From: Tepidisphaera sp. | GTDB taxonomy: Bacteria > Planctomycetota > Phycisphaerae > Phycisphaerales > UBA1924 | Length of the DNA stretch: 64,000 nt | Assembly: GCA_050916045.1 (NCBI GenBank) | Contig: CP051526.1 | Location: 2,336,001-2,400,000, forward strand | Direction of reading: 5' to 3' | Shown: one piece after another, positions 40,884-50,539 of the stretch | Numbering within the stretch: position 1 is the stretch's first letter | Layout of the letters: every line of letters starts with the position of its first letter | Notes under the pieces: generated by a model | Told to the model about the DNA's origin: nothing | Database searches by the model: none | Seen by the model: only the letters and a program-made list of their open reading frames with translations | Made by a program: the position numbers and the translations under genes

Positions 40884-41191
40884 GCAGCCACCGTCGCGTT
40901 GGCCGTTTCGCTCCACGGGCCGTGCGCGTTCCTTCGCGTGACCCGGTGCGCAGGATACTGGGCCCGCGTCCCGCCCTGCGCCGACTCGAACGAGAGCACC
41001 GTCGATTCACTGCTCACGCACCGCACATAGCGGTACGCGTTCGGATCGACGGGCGCCGGCGTGCCCGTGGGCGTGAGGGCCACGAAGACCTCGGCACGCT
41101 CGACCCCGCGCGGGCGAGCGCGCCTCGTGGGTGTCGATTCCTCCACCAGACGCAACTCGTGCGTGTACCGGGCGGCGTAGTCTGTCGACAT
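40880..41191 (-). pseudogene. 3' remnant of the same uncharacterised family as 38258-38590
   Basis: THELRLVEESTPTRRARPRGVERAEVFV..PAPVDP...GPWSETANATVAA. Confidence 0.6.
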
Positions 41192-41204
41192 CCCTGGCTC
41201 AGGC

Positions 41205-42878
41205 TTACACCGCCGTGAAGATCGCCGCCATCACCGCGGCGATGAGGGCGTAGACCAGCATCGGGCCGATCGTCAGACGAAGGATGGAGGCGACCTCGCC
41301 GACTCCTTCGCCGGAGCCGCGCTCTGCAGGCCGCGTCTCCGAGAGCCCCAGCACCGCGCCCACAGCCACGATGTTGTGGATGCAGACCATGTTGCCCATC
41401 GCCCCTGCCGCCGATTGCAGCGAGAGCAGCGTGATGCGGTCGAGGCCGAGAGTGCGCGCGATCGCGGCTTGGATCGGAGCGAAGGTGAGGTTCGAAACCG
41501 TGTTCGAGCCCGAGAAGAACGCGCCGACCGCTCCCAGCAGCGGCGCGAAGTAGGGCCACGATCGGCCGGTCGCATCGGCCGGCGCGAGGCCGATCTGGGT
41601 GACCGGGGACTGATCTCCCCCGGCAGTCATGACCTTGGCGAGGACCAGCGCCCCCGCGAGGGCGATCGCCGGGCGCCCGATTCGCCGGAACGTCTCCCCC
41701 CACGCCGAACGTGCGGCCGCTCGACGCATCCTGAGCACGGGAATCGCCGCCAGCGCGACGACCATGAACGGAAGGATGAAAGGCACGTAAAGCAGCGGCA
41801 TCCGCCAGTCGGCATCCGTGCCGAGGATGCCGCGGAGGCCGACGACCACCGCGGGGCTGATCCACGCTTGGCCCACACCCGGGATGGTCGCGCTCGCAGC
41901 CTCCGCATCGGAGTTGAGCAGGGCCTTGAGGCCCAGAGCGTCGATCCGAGTCACGGCGAGAAGGAGGACCGTGGCAGCGAGGGGCATGATCGCGCGGGAG
42001 AGAGACATGGGTTCCTGAGCGTGTGGCGACGTGGTCGCAGCGCCCGCCGCCGCGGGCATCGCGGATGGCTCGGTCGCCGAGGGCAGTCCGACTCGCCACC
42101 TCACGAGCACTGCGGCACCGATCAAGCCTGCGAGCCCGCCCATGATCGACGGCAACTCGATGTTGAATCGTGCGGCGAGCACGTATGGCCCGACGCTCGC
42201 CGCGAGCACGAGCAGCACAAAGCCAAGCCGCCGCCGGATCTGCGCCCACGGCGCGACCACGTGCAGCGCGAGGATGGCGATGAACGGGGCGGCCGCGGCA
42301 TGCACCAGCGCCGTCCGCCAGCCGATCTCACCGAGTTCTGCCGCCGCGATATCTACGCCGCCGAGTCCGAACCACGTCGGCATGCCCACCGCGCCGAACG
42401 ATACCGGCACGCTATTCATGATGAGACACATCGCCGCGACGCGAAGTGCGGGAAAGCCAAGGCCCACCAGAATCGGCGCGGCCAGCGCCGCGGGCGTTCC
42501 AAAGCCGCTCAGCCCTTCGATGAGGAACGAGAACGCCCATCCGACAAGCATGAGCTGGGCGATGGGGTCCGGACTGAGTTGGCGCAGCATTGCCGTCAGC
42601 ACGCCCATGGCCCCCGATTTTTCCATGGTCTTGAACAACAGCACCGCCCCAAAGACGATGGCAAGGGGCGTGAGCGATGAGAGTGCTCCGTCCGCGAGGG
42701 CGGCGTGGATGAGCCGCGGCGAGGTGTCCTTTGGTTGGACACACCTGAGCACATACGCCAGCGCAGCGACTGCAGGTAGCGCGGCGTGCGCCGGCAACGG
42801 AAGCCACCGCCGGGGCTAAGGAGAAGTCATGAGCGCCACAAGCATCGCGATGGGCAGAACGGCCAGCAGGAGTGTCAT
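41205..42878 (-). pseudogene. lctP: L-lactate permease with in-frame TAG at codon 21
   Basis: FLIEGLSGFGTPAA, FFSGSNTVSNLTF, GNMVCIHN; N-terminus MTLLLAVLPIAMLVALMTSP*PRRWLPLPAH, stop at 42816-42818. Confidence 0.8.
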
Positions 42879-42911
42879 GAGCAGGAATCCCGCCGCGCCG
42901 ACGTCGGTCCA

Positions 42912-43210
42912 TCACGGCTGCGGTGTGTTTGGGAAGGGACGTCGATGCACGATCTCGACGGTGCAGTGCGCGTTCATCGCCACCGCCGCCGAAACGCTCC
43001 CAAGGAGGAATCGCTCCAGCCCCCGCACGCCCCGCGCGCCCACGAAGATGCAATCGGCACCCGCCCTTTCCTGCCCGCCACCCCCGCTGCCCGCACCATT
43101 GCCTTCGTTCAGCACACCGGCCGCCTCCCCACTCCAGTTCGCGGCCTCTTCCACCAATGCGTAGCTCGGATCGGCCAGACGCACGACGGATGACACCTTT
43201 ACGCCAGGGC
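42912..43210 (-). pseudogene. C-terminal fragment of a universal stress protein
   Basis: [33 protein letters not shown]; no N-terminus. Confidence 0.75.
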
Positions 43211-43324
43211 AGGAACCAGAGATCACGCTCATCGCTCTGGCCGCCGTTCGTGCCGACCACGAGTCCAGCGGTCCCCCCCACCGATCATGTCGCCGAACCA
43301 GATGCCGCCAGCTCCGAAGCCGGA

Positions 43325-44054
43325 GAAAGACGCCGCAGACATGGTGCTTGCTGACGATAACTTCGCCACCATCGAAGCGGCGGTCGAAGAAGGCCGCAAC
43401 GTCTTCAGCAACCTCACCAAGTTCATCGTCTGGACCCTTCCCACCAACGGCGGCGAGGCGTTTGTCATCCTCGCGGCCATCATGCTCGGCTGGCCCCTTC
43501 CGATCCTGCCCGTCCACGCCCTCTACATCAACATGATCGCGGCGATTCTGCTCGGCATGCCGCTGATCTTCGAGGCCAAGGAGCCGGGCGTGATGGCCCG
43601 CCCACCGCGCGATCCCAACCGCCCACTTCTGACCTTCGAACTCTTCATGCGCACCGGACTTGTCTCGCTGCTGCTATGCGCGGGTGCCATGAGCCTGTTC
43701 CACAGGGAACTGAACCGCGGCATGAGTGAGGCGACGGCCCGCACCGCGGCCGTCTCCGTGATCATCGTGGGCGAGATCTTCTACCTGTTCTCGAGCCGCG
43801 CTCTCCTTCGCCCCGCGTGGGCGGTGCCGCTCTTCTCGAACATGTGGCTTTGGGCGGGGATCGTCGCCATGCTCGCCGTGCAGTTCGCGTTCGCCCACAC
43901 ACCGATCGTCAATCGTCTCTTCCACACGGCTCCGCTCGACGCGAGCACGTGGACTCGCGTCCCGCTCGTCGGGGCCGGGGTTCTCGTTGTCGTCGAGTCC
44001 GAGAAAGCGATCCGCCGTGCGACCGCAAAGATCATGGTTGCAGACTCGGCATGA
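43325..44054 (+). pseudogene. C-terminal fragment of a cation-transporting P-type ATPase
   Basis: [31 protein letters not shown]...LYIN, M.RPPR; DKTGT and actuator domains absent. Confidence 0.85.
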
Positions 44055-44376
44055 AGCGCTGAGGCTGATCCAGATCCCAAGGCTGGCTACGCCTCACCGT
44101 GGTGTTTCTGCGCCGAGCGACCCCGTCGATCGCCAGCGAGTATCGTCGCCGTCGCGTGCCGGAGCCGGTTTGTCGCCCGTTAACCAACCGTCTCTTGCGA
44201 GCACAGACCCGTGAGGGGTCAAGAGACCGCAATGGGTGCGCCGTGCCGCTGCCTCCCGTCTTGGCGGCGAAGGGCGGGAGCGGCGGACTCCCATTCGATC
44301 CCAGCCATCCTCTATCCAGCACCCCCCCGGGTCGAGAGACTCTGCGGCTTTCGTTAACTCCCGATACGATTCTGCC

Positions 44377-45081
44377 ATGTTCGCAGGTGCCGACCACGAC
44401 CCGGACGCACTCAGTCCTGAGGAGTTCCTGGATCATCTCAGGGCCGCGAGCCGTCGTTTGCTGCGGAGTGGTGCCATGCGCGATCTCCGATCCTCCTGCG
44501 ACATGTGGACGATCGACCCAAAACCTGTGGATCCAATCGAACCGCTGACGAATCGTGGTCGCCGCACCATCAAGTGGCCGTCGGACACTTGGGGATCGAT
44601 TTCGGCGGACTTGCTCGCTGCGACGCATCGCGCGGCGCAGAACCAGGCTTTGTCGTTGCCCGTCGCCCTGGCGGAGTACTCCGCCTTTGTGCATCTGGAA
44701 CTGGCCGCAAGGGAAGAGCCGCACTTGGGAGTGCGAACGGACGCGTTCATACTGCCGTTGAGCGTTGCCGCCAGAGAGCGGGCGAGTTCGATCGAGTTCC
44801 GCCGCTATGTGCTGGGATGGCACGCTCGGGCAGGAACCTTGCCGTGGAACGATCCCGGGATGGCGTTCGCCGCGTCGCTTGCGGTGTCGCTGGGCTCGAG
44901 TCACGACGCCGTGATCGGGGAGCGTGTGAGGGCTCTCCGGGAGCTTCTGGATCAGGATGCGCGAACGGCCCGCGAGCGTTATCGCGATCTTGTTCGTCCT
45001 GATGAGCGTGAGTTCTGGTGCCAAGTCGTCGCCGCCTCAGCACCGGACGCGAAAGCGTGGGCCGAGGGCTTCATGCGATAA
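44377..45081 (+). CDS. Hypothetical protein
   Basis: Protein-like 234-aa ORF, no recognised motif. Confidence 0.5.
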   Translation: MFAGADHDPDALSPEEFLDHLRAASRRLLRSGAMRDLRSSCDMWTIDPKPVDPIEPLTNRGRRTIKWPSDTWGSISADLLAATHRAAQNQALSLPVALAEYSAFVHLELAAREEPHLGVRTDAFILPLSVAARERASSIEFRRYVLGWHARAGTLPWNDPGMAFAASLAVSLGSSHDAVIGERVRALRELLDQDARTARERYRDLVRPDEREFWCQVVAASAPDAKAWAEGFMR

Positions 45082-45210
45082 CGAATGGTTCGAGAGGATC
45101 GGTGCCGTTGGGAGGGTGCAGTGCACCTACCGCCGGAGCTTCGGAGGCTGCGGCTCGGGCTCTGCGGCACTGAACAGCACGTCATCACGCCGTGCTCCGT
45201 CCTGTATTGA

Positions 45211-45250
45211 AAGAAACACCCCCGGGTCGCAGGACTCGGGGGTGTCGTTT
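45211..45250 (-). terminator. Intrinsic terminator
   Basis: ACACCCCCG..GTC GCAG GAC..CGGGGGTGT stem with TTTCTT tail on the minus strand. Confidence 0.6.
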
Positions 45251-45289
45251 GGGGGTTGGATCGTGGTCTGAATCGTGATACCGACCGCG

Positions 45290-45600
45290 CTACCGGCCGA
45301 CGGGGTGGGCTTGAGGAACCGCGGACCCCGCCGAAAGGCCCTGGCTTGCCGGCTTGCCGAAAGCCTCGGGATGCAGGTACTTGCCCCGCTCGGACCCGAC
45401 TTTGTCGACCGAGTTGGGGATTCGGTTCTGCTCCGCCCAGGCGTCCTTGCGGATGCCGGTGACCTGCCACGAGACCTCGATTCCTGGCTGGCTAGAAGCG
45501 ATCTCGAAGGTGTTCCCCGCGATCTTGCGGCTCACACGCACCATCGCGAAGGATTGGTCATCGATGACCGTGAGCTGGTAGCGGAAGTCGCGGTTGCCCT
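45290..45600 (-). pseudogene. C-terminal remnant of a tail-fibre-like/autochaperone-type surface protein
   Basis: NRDFRYQLTVI...VSWQVTGIRKDAWA...GKYLHPEAFG motif without the gene body (family recalled, not searched). Confidence 0.6.
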
Positions 45601-45714
45601 CGTGACCGAGCCCTGCCGAGCCTTGCCACGCACCCGCCGGTCGTGAGCCGTGTGCGTACACACCATCACGGCTCTCATCGGCTCTCGCCGGGTTCACGGC
45701 GTTCATCCACGGAT

Positions 45715-46128
45715 CTACCTCTCGGACTCGCCGCCGACGGTCACTCGCCGCGAGGAATCCCGAGACGGCCGGGCGGGTGCACGAGCGGCCTTCGCGGCCT
45801 TGATCTCTCGGCCCACCTCGATGATCCCCTCGATAGCCGGCAACAGTCTCTCCCCAAGCGGCGTCAGGGCGTACTCAACGGTGGGTGGCGAAGTCGGCTT
45901 GACCTCCCGCGTCACGATGCCGTCCCGTCCGAGGCGGAGAAGGCGTGCCGACAGTGTCTTGGCCGAGAGCTTGGGCATGTCGAAGCGGAGTTCGCCGAAA
46001 CGCCTCGCCCCTCCTCGCAGGTACCAGATGACCTGGACCGTCCACGATCCGTGAAGCAACCGCATGCATTCCTCCAGCGGACACTCCGCGGGCGGCGGCT
46101 TGGAGGTGTTTCGGCGTCTCGGCACCAT
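45715..46128 (-). CDS. HxlR-family winged-helix regulator
   Basis: CPLE..M.LL.G.W...I, RRFGEL, PPTVEYALT.LG. Confidence 0.92.
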   Translation of the reverse strand: MVPRRRNTSKPPPAECPLEECMRLLHGSWTVQVIWYLRGGARRFGELRFDMPKLSAKTLSARLLRLGRDGIVTREVKPTSPPTVEYALTPLGERLLPAIEGIIEVGREIKAAKAARAPARPSRDSSRRVTVGGESER

Positions 46129-46152
46129 GTTCAAGCACCCTTCGTTGAGAAT

Positions 46153-46219
46153 GCCACTTGGTTACCAAGTGGCTACTCGATTCTAGCTCACTTTCGGTTA
46201 TCTAGTATCACCTTGATAC
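46153..46219. promoter_or_regulatory. Probable HxlR operator palindromes in divergent promoter
   Basis: GCCACTTGG-TTA-CCAAGTGGC (46153-46173) and GTATCA-CCT-TGATAC (46205-46219). Confidence 0.6.
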
Positions 46220-46284
46220 CGATGAGCGCTAATCTCCCGAGGCCTGCACGCGGTGCGGGACCGCGCACAAAAGGAGACCCCATC

Positions 46285-47007
46285 ATGCCCACAGCCATCG
46301 TCACCGGAGCATCCAGCGGTATCGGCCTCGCGATCGCGACCGCCCTCGCAAATCGCGGGTACGCGCTCATCGTCACGTCCCGCTCGATCTCGACCTCGCA
46401 CCCCTGCATCGCGACGATCGGTGCCAATCGCATCGAAGTCATCAGGGGTGACGTCGCCGACGCCGCGACCTCGCGGGCGTTGCTCAAAACGGCAGTCGAC
46501 CGGTTCGGCGGCGTCGACCTCCTCGTCAACAACGCGGGCATCTTCATCCCCAAGCCTTTCGCCCAGTACACGGACGAGGACTACGAGCGCCTCCTCGCGA
46601 CCAACGTCCGCGGATTCTTCAATCTGACTCGGCCGGTCCTGGCGCACATGCTCGAGCGAAGCTCAGGACACATTGTGAACATCACGACTTCGCTGGCCGA
46701 GAACCCGATCAAGCAGGTCCCCTGCGCACTCCCGATGCTCACCAAAGGCGGACTGAACGCGGCCACGCGTGCCCTGGCTCTTGAAGTGTCGGGCACCGGC
46801 GTGCGTGTCAACGCAGTCTCGCCCGGCATCATCAGGACGCCTATGCACCCCGAGCACACCCACGAGATGCTCGCAACCCTTCACCCAATGGGGAGGATGG
46901 GCGACGCCGAGGAGATCGCCCGCGGCGTGCTTTATCTGGAGGATTCTCCCTTTGTGACCGGGGAGATTTTGCACGTCGACGGCGGTGCCTCGATCGGTCG
47001 CTGGTAA
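46285..47007 (+). CDS. SDR family oxidoreductase
   Basis: TGASSGIG, LVNNAG, RVNAVSPG, TGEILHVDGG. Confidence 0.92.
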   Translation: MPTAIVTGASSGIGLAIATALANRGYALIVTSRSISTSHPCIATIGANRIEVIRGDVADAATSRALLKTAVDRFGGVDLLVNNAGIFIPKPFAQYTDEDYERLLATNVRGFFNLTRPVLAHMLERSSGHIVNITTSLAENPIKQVPCALPMLTKGGLNAATRALALEVSGTGVRVNAVSPGIIRTPMHPEHTHEMLATLHPMGRMGDAEEIARGVLYLEDSPFVTGEILHVDGGASIGRW

Positions 47008-47022
47008 ACAGGAGGACATTCC

Positions 47023-47655
47023 GTGCCATACGTCAGCATCAAAATCACAAGCGAACCCAAAGCGACGAGTCAGCAGCGTGCTCAGCTCATCTCCATGGTG
47101 ACCGACGCCCTCGCCGTCACGCTCGACAAGGACCCGGAGACGACTTTCGTGGTGATCGAGGAGATCAGCTCGGAGTCGTGGGGCCTCGGCGGCGAACCCG
47201 TCGCGAGCCGTCGCGCTCGCGCCCCGAGACCTTCCGCGGAGCGCACCGACGCGAAAGCCATCGCCGAAGTGGTCGAGAAGTACTTCGAAGGCATCTACCG
47301 GGGCGACGTAGCGCTTCTGCGCGCCGTGTTTCACCCCGAGGCGCGCCTGTGGGGTTTCGCCCCGGCGGATCCGGCGCACGGCGAGCTTCCCGAGCGGGTC
47401 GGGATCCGCTCGCTCGACGAGTACCTGAAGGCCGTCGCGAGTCGTGTCTCGCCCCAGGCCCGCGGCGAACCGATGAACTCGCGCATTCTTTCGGTCTCGT
47501 GCGAGGGCCCACTGGCTCTCGTCCGGGCGTTCGTGCCGATGCTGGGATACTCGTATCTGGACCACTTAGAGCTGGTCCGAGACTCGGGAACATGGCGGAT
47601 CTCGCACAAGCAGTTTGCACACGGTGTCGGCCGGTTCGCCGCAGGCTCCGATTGA
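47023..47655 (+). CDS. 4-oxalocrotonate tautomerase-family domain fused to NTF2/SnoaL-like domain
   Basis: Pro-1 (M)PYVSIKI...TFVVIEE....WGLGG; YFEGIY.GD..L..VFHP.A...YLDHL.L....G.WRI..K. Confidence 0.8.
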   Translation: MPYVSIKITSEPKATSQQRAQLISMVTDALAVTLDKDPETTFVVIEEISSESWGLGGEPVASRRARAPRPSAERTDAKAIAEVVEKYFEGIYRGDVALLRAVFHPEARLWGFAPADPAHGELPERVGIRSLDEYLKAVASRVSPQARGEPMNSRILSVSCEGPLALVRAFVPMLGYSYLDHLELVRDSGTWRISHKQFAHGVGRFAAGSD

Positions 47656-47790
47656 CACCGGCGATCTCTCAACCATACAGCGCGGGACTTTGGGATGCAC
47701 CGCAGGGGTTCTCGCACCAGAATCGCGCGAGCAAGCGCGCCGCCGCGTCGCCATCCGATCGCTTCCTCGCTCATGGGTCCGAACGGCGAC

Positions 47791-48597
47791 CTACAGCGAT
47801 CCTTCCGATGCGACGCAGTACCGCCCGGGGGTCGTCCCCAGCGCGTGCTTGAACATGCTCACGAAGGCGCTCGGGCTTTCGTAGCCGCACTCGAACGCGA
47901 TCGTGCCCACGGCCGCCCCCTCCGCCAGACGCCGCACGGCGAACTGGAGCCGTGCCTGCTGTCGCCAGCGGCCGAACGACATCCCGGTCTCTGCAACAAA
48001 CAGACGCTCGGCCGTCCGCGTGCTGACACCCGCTCCTCGCGTGAGGGAAGCGAGGGTCGCGGTGTCCTCATGCCCGGGCCGGAGCGACAACAGAACGCGA
48101 CTCGCAACCGCTCGCGCCCGAGGGTCTTCCGGCATCGTCAGCGCGAGGCCGAGCGGAGATGCTTCGCGCAGCCGCGCGAGCAGGAGCGCCGCGAGCGCTC
48201 GATGATCCTCGAGGGAATCGTCCAGAACTCCGATCCGCACGACCTCAAGCATCAATTCGCGCACGAGCGGAGAGACATCCACAACCTCAAGCGACCTTCC
48301 GACTACCGCGGCGGCCCTCGGAGCGATGTACACCGTCCGCAGGTGAACTTCGCTCTCGCATCGGATCCGGTGAAGCACGCCCGGCGGCACCCACAGGCAA
48401 CGCTGCGGCGGCACCACCCACCGCATCGAAGCCGCATGAACGGAAAGAACACCGCTCTGAGCGAAGACAACCTGCGCCCAGACGTGCGCGTGCTCTGCAA
48501 TCTCTTGGCCGTCCGGAAGCCGCATCGCGAGCGAACGGACGGTCTCCCCGGGCCGCGGTTCGGTCCCTTTCTTTCGCGGTTGGCGAGATCTCGACAT
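47791..48597 (-). CDS. AraC-family regulator (NimR-like)
   Basis: H.H.WAQ cupin, WVPPGVLH, RLF..ETGMSFGRWRQQ.RL, GYESPSAF. Confidence 0.92.
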   Translation of the reverse strand: MSRSRQPRKKGTEPRPGETVRSLAMRLPDGQEIAEHAHVWAQVVFAQSGVLSVHAASMRWVVPPQRCLWVPPGVLHRIRCESEVHLRTVYIAPRAAAVVGRSLEVVDVSPLVRELMLEVVRIGVLDDSLEDHRALAALLLARLREASPLGLALTMPEDPRARAVASRVLLSLRPGHEDTATLASLTRGAGVSTRTAERLFVAETGMSFGRWRQQARLQFAVRRLAEGAAVGTIAFECGYESPSAFVSMFKHALGTTPGRYCVASEGSL

Positions 48598-48696
48598 TCA
48601 TTGACGTTATGCAGAGAGGACGCCACGCGTGGATTCGTTACCATCCGACCATGCCGGTGCCCAAGCACCCGCCCGTGTTCAGAAAGGATGATCCGC

Positions 48697-49074
48697 ATGC
48701 CCAACGACCTTGCTCATTTCGCCATCCACGCCGACGACTGCGAACGTGCCAAGCGGTTCTACGAGACCGTCTTTGGCTGGAAGTTCCAGCCGTGGGGACC
48801 GCCCGGGTTCTGGCTGATCGAAACGTCGAAGGGAGCGGTGGGCGGCTCACTGCAGCAGCGGCAGCACCCGGTGAGCGGCCGCGGCATGATCGGCTTTGAA
48901 TGCACGATCGGCGTCGCCGACGTTCGGGCGATCGCGGCGGCGATCGAGAAAGCCGGCGGGACCGTGCACATGAAGCCCTTCGTGATCGAGCGCGTGGGCA
49001 CGCTCATCCAGTTCCAGGACACCGAAGGCAATTCGGTCGCCGCCATGCAGTACGAACGCTCCGCTCGTCCCTGA
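48697..49074 (+). CDS. VOC/glyoxalase family protein
   Basis: HFAIHADD.ERAKRFYE.VFGW, F.DTEGN. Confidence 0.9.
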   Translation: MPNDLAHFAIHADDCERAKRFYETVFGWKFQPWGPPGFWLIETSKGAVGGSLQQRQHPVSGRGMIGFECTIGVADVRAIAAAIEKAGGTVHMKPFVIERVGTLIQFQDTEGNSVAAMQYERSARP

Positions 49075-49103
49075 GGCTCGGCTGGTTCGGCCATGATCCA
49101 GCG

Positions 49104-49613
49104 TCACGCGTGCGGCGGAGCGTCGAGCACGAGCGTCACCGTCTCCCGTGCGACCGTGCGCGGCGTCTCGGGCGTCGCGCGACGGTCGACGACGACGAAC
49201 CCATGCTTCTCAAGCACGCGGATCGATGGGAGATTCGCCGCCGAAGCCGTCGCGATCAGCGGACGACGGGTGAACTCGCGGAGCATCATGCCGACGGCCC
49301 GGGTCGCGACGCCACGCCCCCACCACTCCCGCGCGATCCAGTAGCCGATCGCAGAAAGTCCTTCATGCGGCGAGATGTTGACCGCTCCCACGATCGAGCC
49401 ATCCGCAACGACGACGCGGGGCGTCACGCCAAGCACGCCGCCATCGGCATCCGCGAGGATCTGCACCCAGCGATCGTGAAACGTGGACCAGTCGCGCGGC
49501 TTGGTCCCCGCCAAGGCGTTCGAGGCTTCATCAAGCTCCATCGCATGAAGCCGAGGCAGGTCCGTCGCCTGGGTCCGTCGGAGCAAGATGTCGGGCTGCT
49601 TTGAATGCTCCAT
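49104..49613 (-). CDS. GNAT acetyltransferase (RimJ/RimL-like)
   Basis: IGYWI.REWWGRGVAT, N.PSIRVLEK.GF. Confidence 0.88.
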   Translation of the reverse strand: MEHSKQPDILLRRTQATDLPRLHAMELDEASNALAGTKPRDWSTFHDRWVQILADADGGVLGVTPRVVVADGSIVGAVNISPHEGLSAIGYWIAREWWGRGVATRAVGMMLREFTRRPLIATASAANLPSIRVLEKHGFVVVDRRATPETPRTVARETVTLVLDAPPHA

Positions 49614-49655
49614 CGGCCGATCATAGAAGCCCGCGTGCCGGACTAGCCTTTTGCT

Positions 49656-49973
49656 ATGGAGTTTCAGCTCGTCATCGCCATGAACGTCACCGATCCGGCC
49701 CGCTACGCCCAGTACCGCGCCGCCATGAGCCCCGTGCTCGCCCGCTTCGGCGGCCGGTTCGAGTACGACCTGGTCGTTTCCGAGGTGCTCAAGTCGCCCA
49801 CGCCGCACCCGATCACCCGCTTTTTCACGATCGTCTTTCCGAACCGGCAGGCCAGCGAATGCTTCTTCGCGGATCCGAGCTACCTCGCCGCGAAGGCCGC
49901 TCACTTCGCGGCAGGCGTGAACGGCTTCACGGTGGTGGCCGAGCATGATCGACCGTCCGGCCGCGCGTCGTAA
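49656..49973 (+). CDS. DUF1330 family protein
   Basis: VTDP..YAQYR......L.RFGGRF...FP......FF.DP.Y. Confidence 0.8.
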   Translation: MEFQLVIAMNVTDPARYAQYRAAMSPVLARFGGRFEYDLVVSEVLKSPTPHPITRFFTIVFPNRQASECFFADPSYLAAKAAHFAAGVNGFTVVAEHDRPSGRAS

Positions 49974-50059
49974 AGCCCTGTTCACCGAGCCGGTTCGCCC
50001 GGTACGATCGCTCACCCCGTACGACATCGCGAGCGAAACGGGTTGCGGAGACCGCGGAA

Positions 50060-50410
50060 ATGCTTCGGCCGAAACTCTTCCTCCTCAAGCCCTCGTTCCC
50101 CGACGCCAAAGCCGGCCCCGGCCTGTTCTTCTGCCCGCACAGCGCGGCGGTCGAGGGTGTGCTCGCGTACTACCCCGCGCTGCGGGATCGGCTCGAGGTC
50201 CGTCCCGTCGACTTCCCCCGGCCACGGCAGGAGGTGATCGCGGAGATCGGCGAAGCAAACCAGGCCTGCCCGGTTCTGATCCTCCCCGAGGGCTGGCCGA
50301 ACCCGCCCCTCGCCGGGCGGCAATCCAACGGGCGGATGTTCTTCGTCGGCGCTGAGGAGATCGCCCGCTTCCTCTCGGCGTGGGCGGGGATCGCGCTCCC
50401 GCACCCGTGA
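50060..50410 (+). CDS. DUF3088-like (thioredoxin-like) protein
   Basis: LFLLKP.F.D, FFCPHS..VEG.L, VDFPRPR..VI..IGE.NQ.CPVL, C-terminal PHP. Confidence 0.8.
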   Translation: MLRPKLFLLKPSFPDAKAGPGLFFCPHSAAVEGVLAYYPALRDRLEVRPVDFPRPRQEVIAEIGEANQACPVLILPEGWPNPPLAGRQSNGRMFFVGAEEIARFLSAWAGIALPHP

Positions 50411-50539
50411 ACTCTGGATCGCGAGGACAAGCCTCGGGCGGCAAGCCTGCCCGAACGACTCGCGACGCGACGTGCAAGGCCTGCCCGAAAGCACCGCACC
50501 GGCCTGTGAGCGACAGGTCCGGTCAAGCCCGCGATTCAC

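Noticed and set aside
42816..42818. Amber recoding or pyrrolysine
   Set aside because: TAG terminates several normal genes in the window; no pyl genes; the local context is decaying.
45088..45099. GTTCGAGAGGAT match to the cassette repeat just after a + strand ORF
   Set aside because: Only 12 bp with no flanking similarity; expected by chance.
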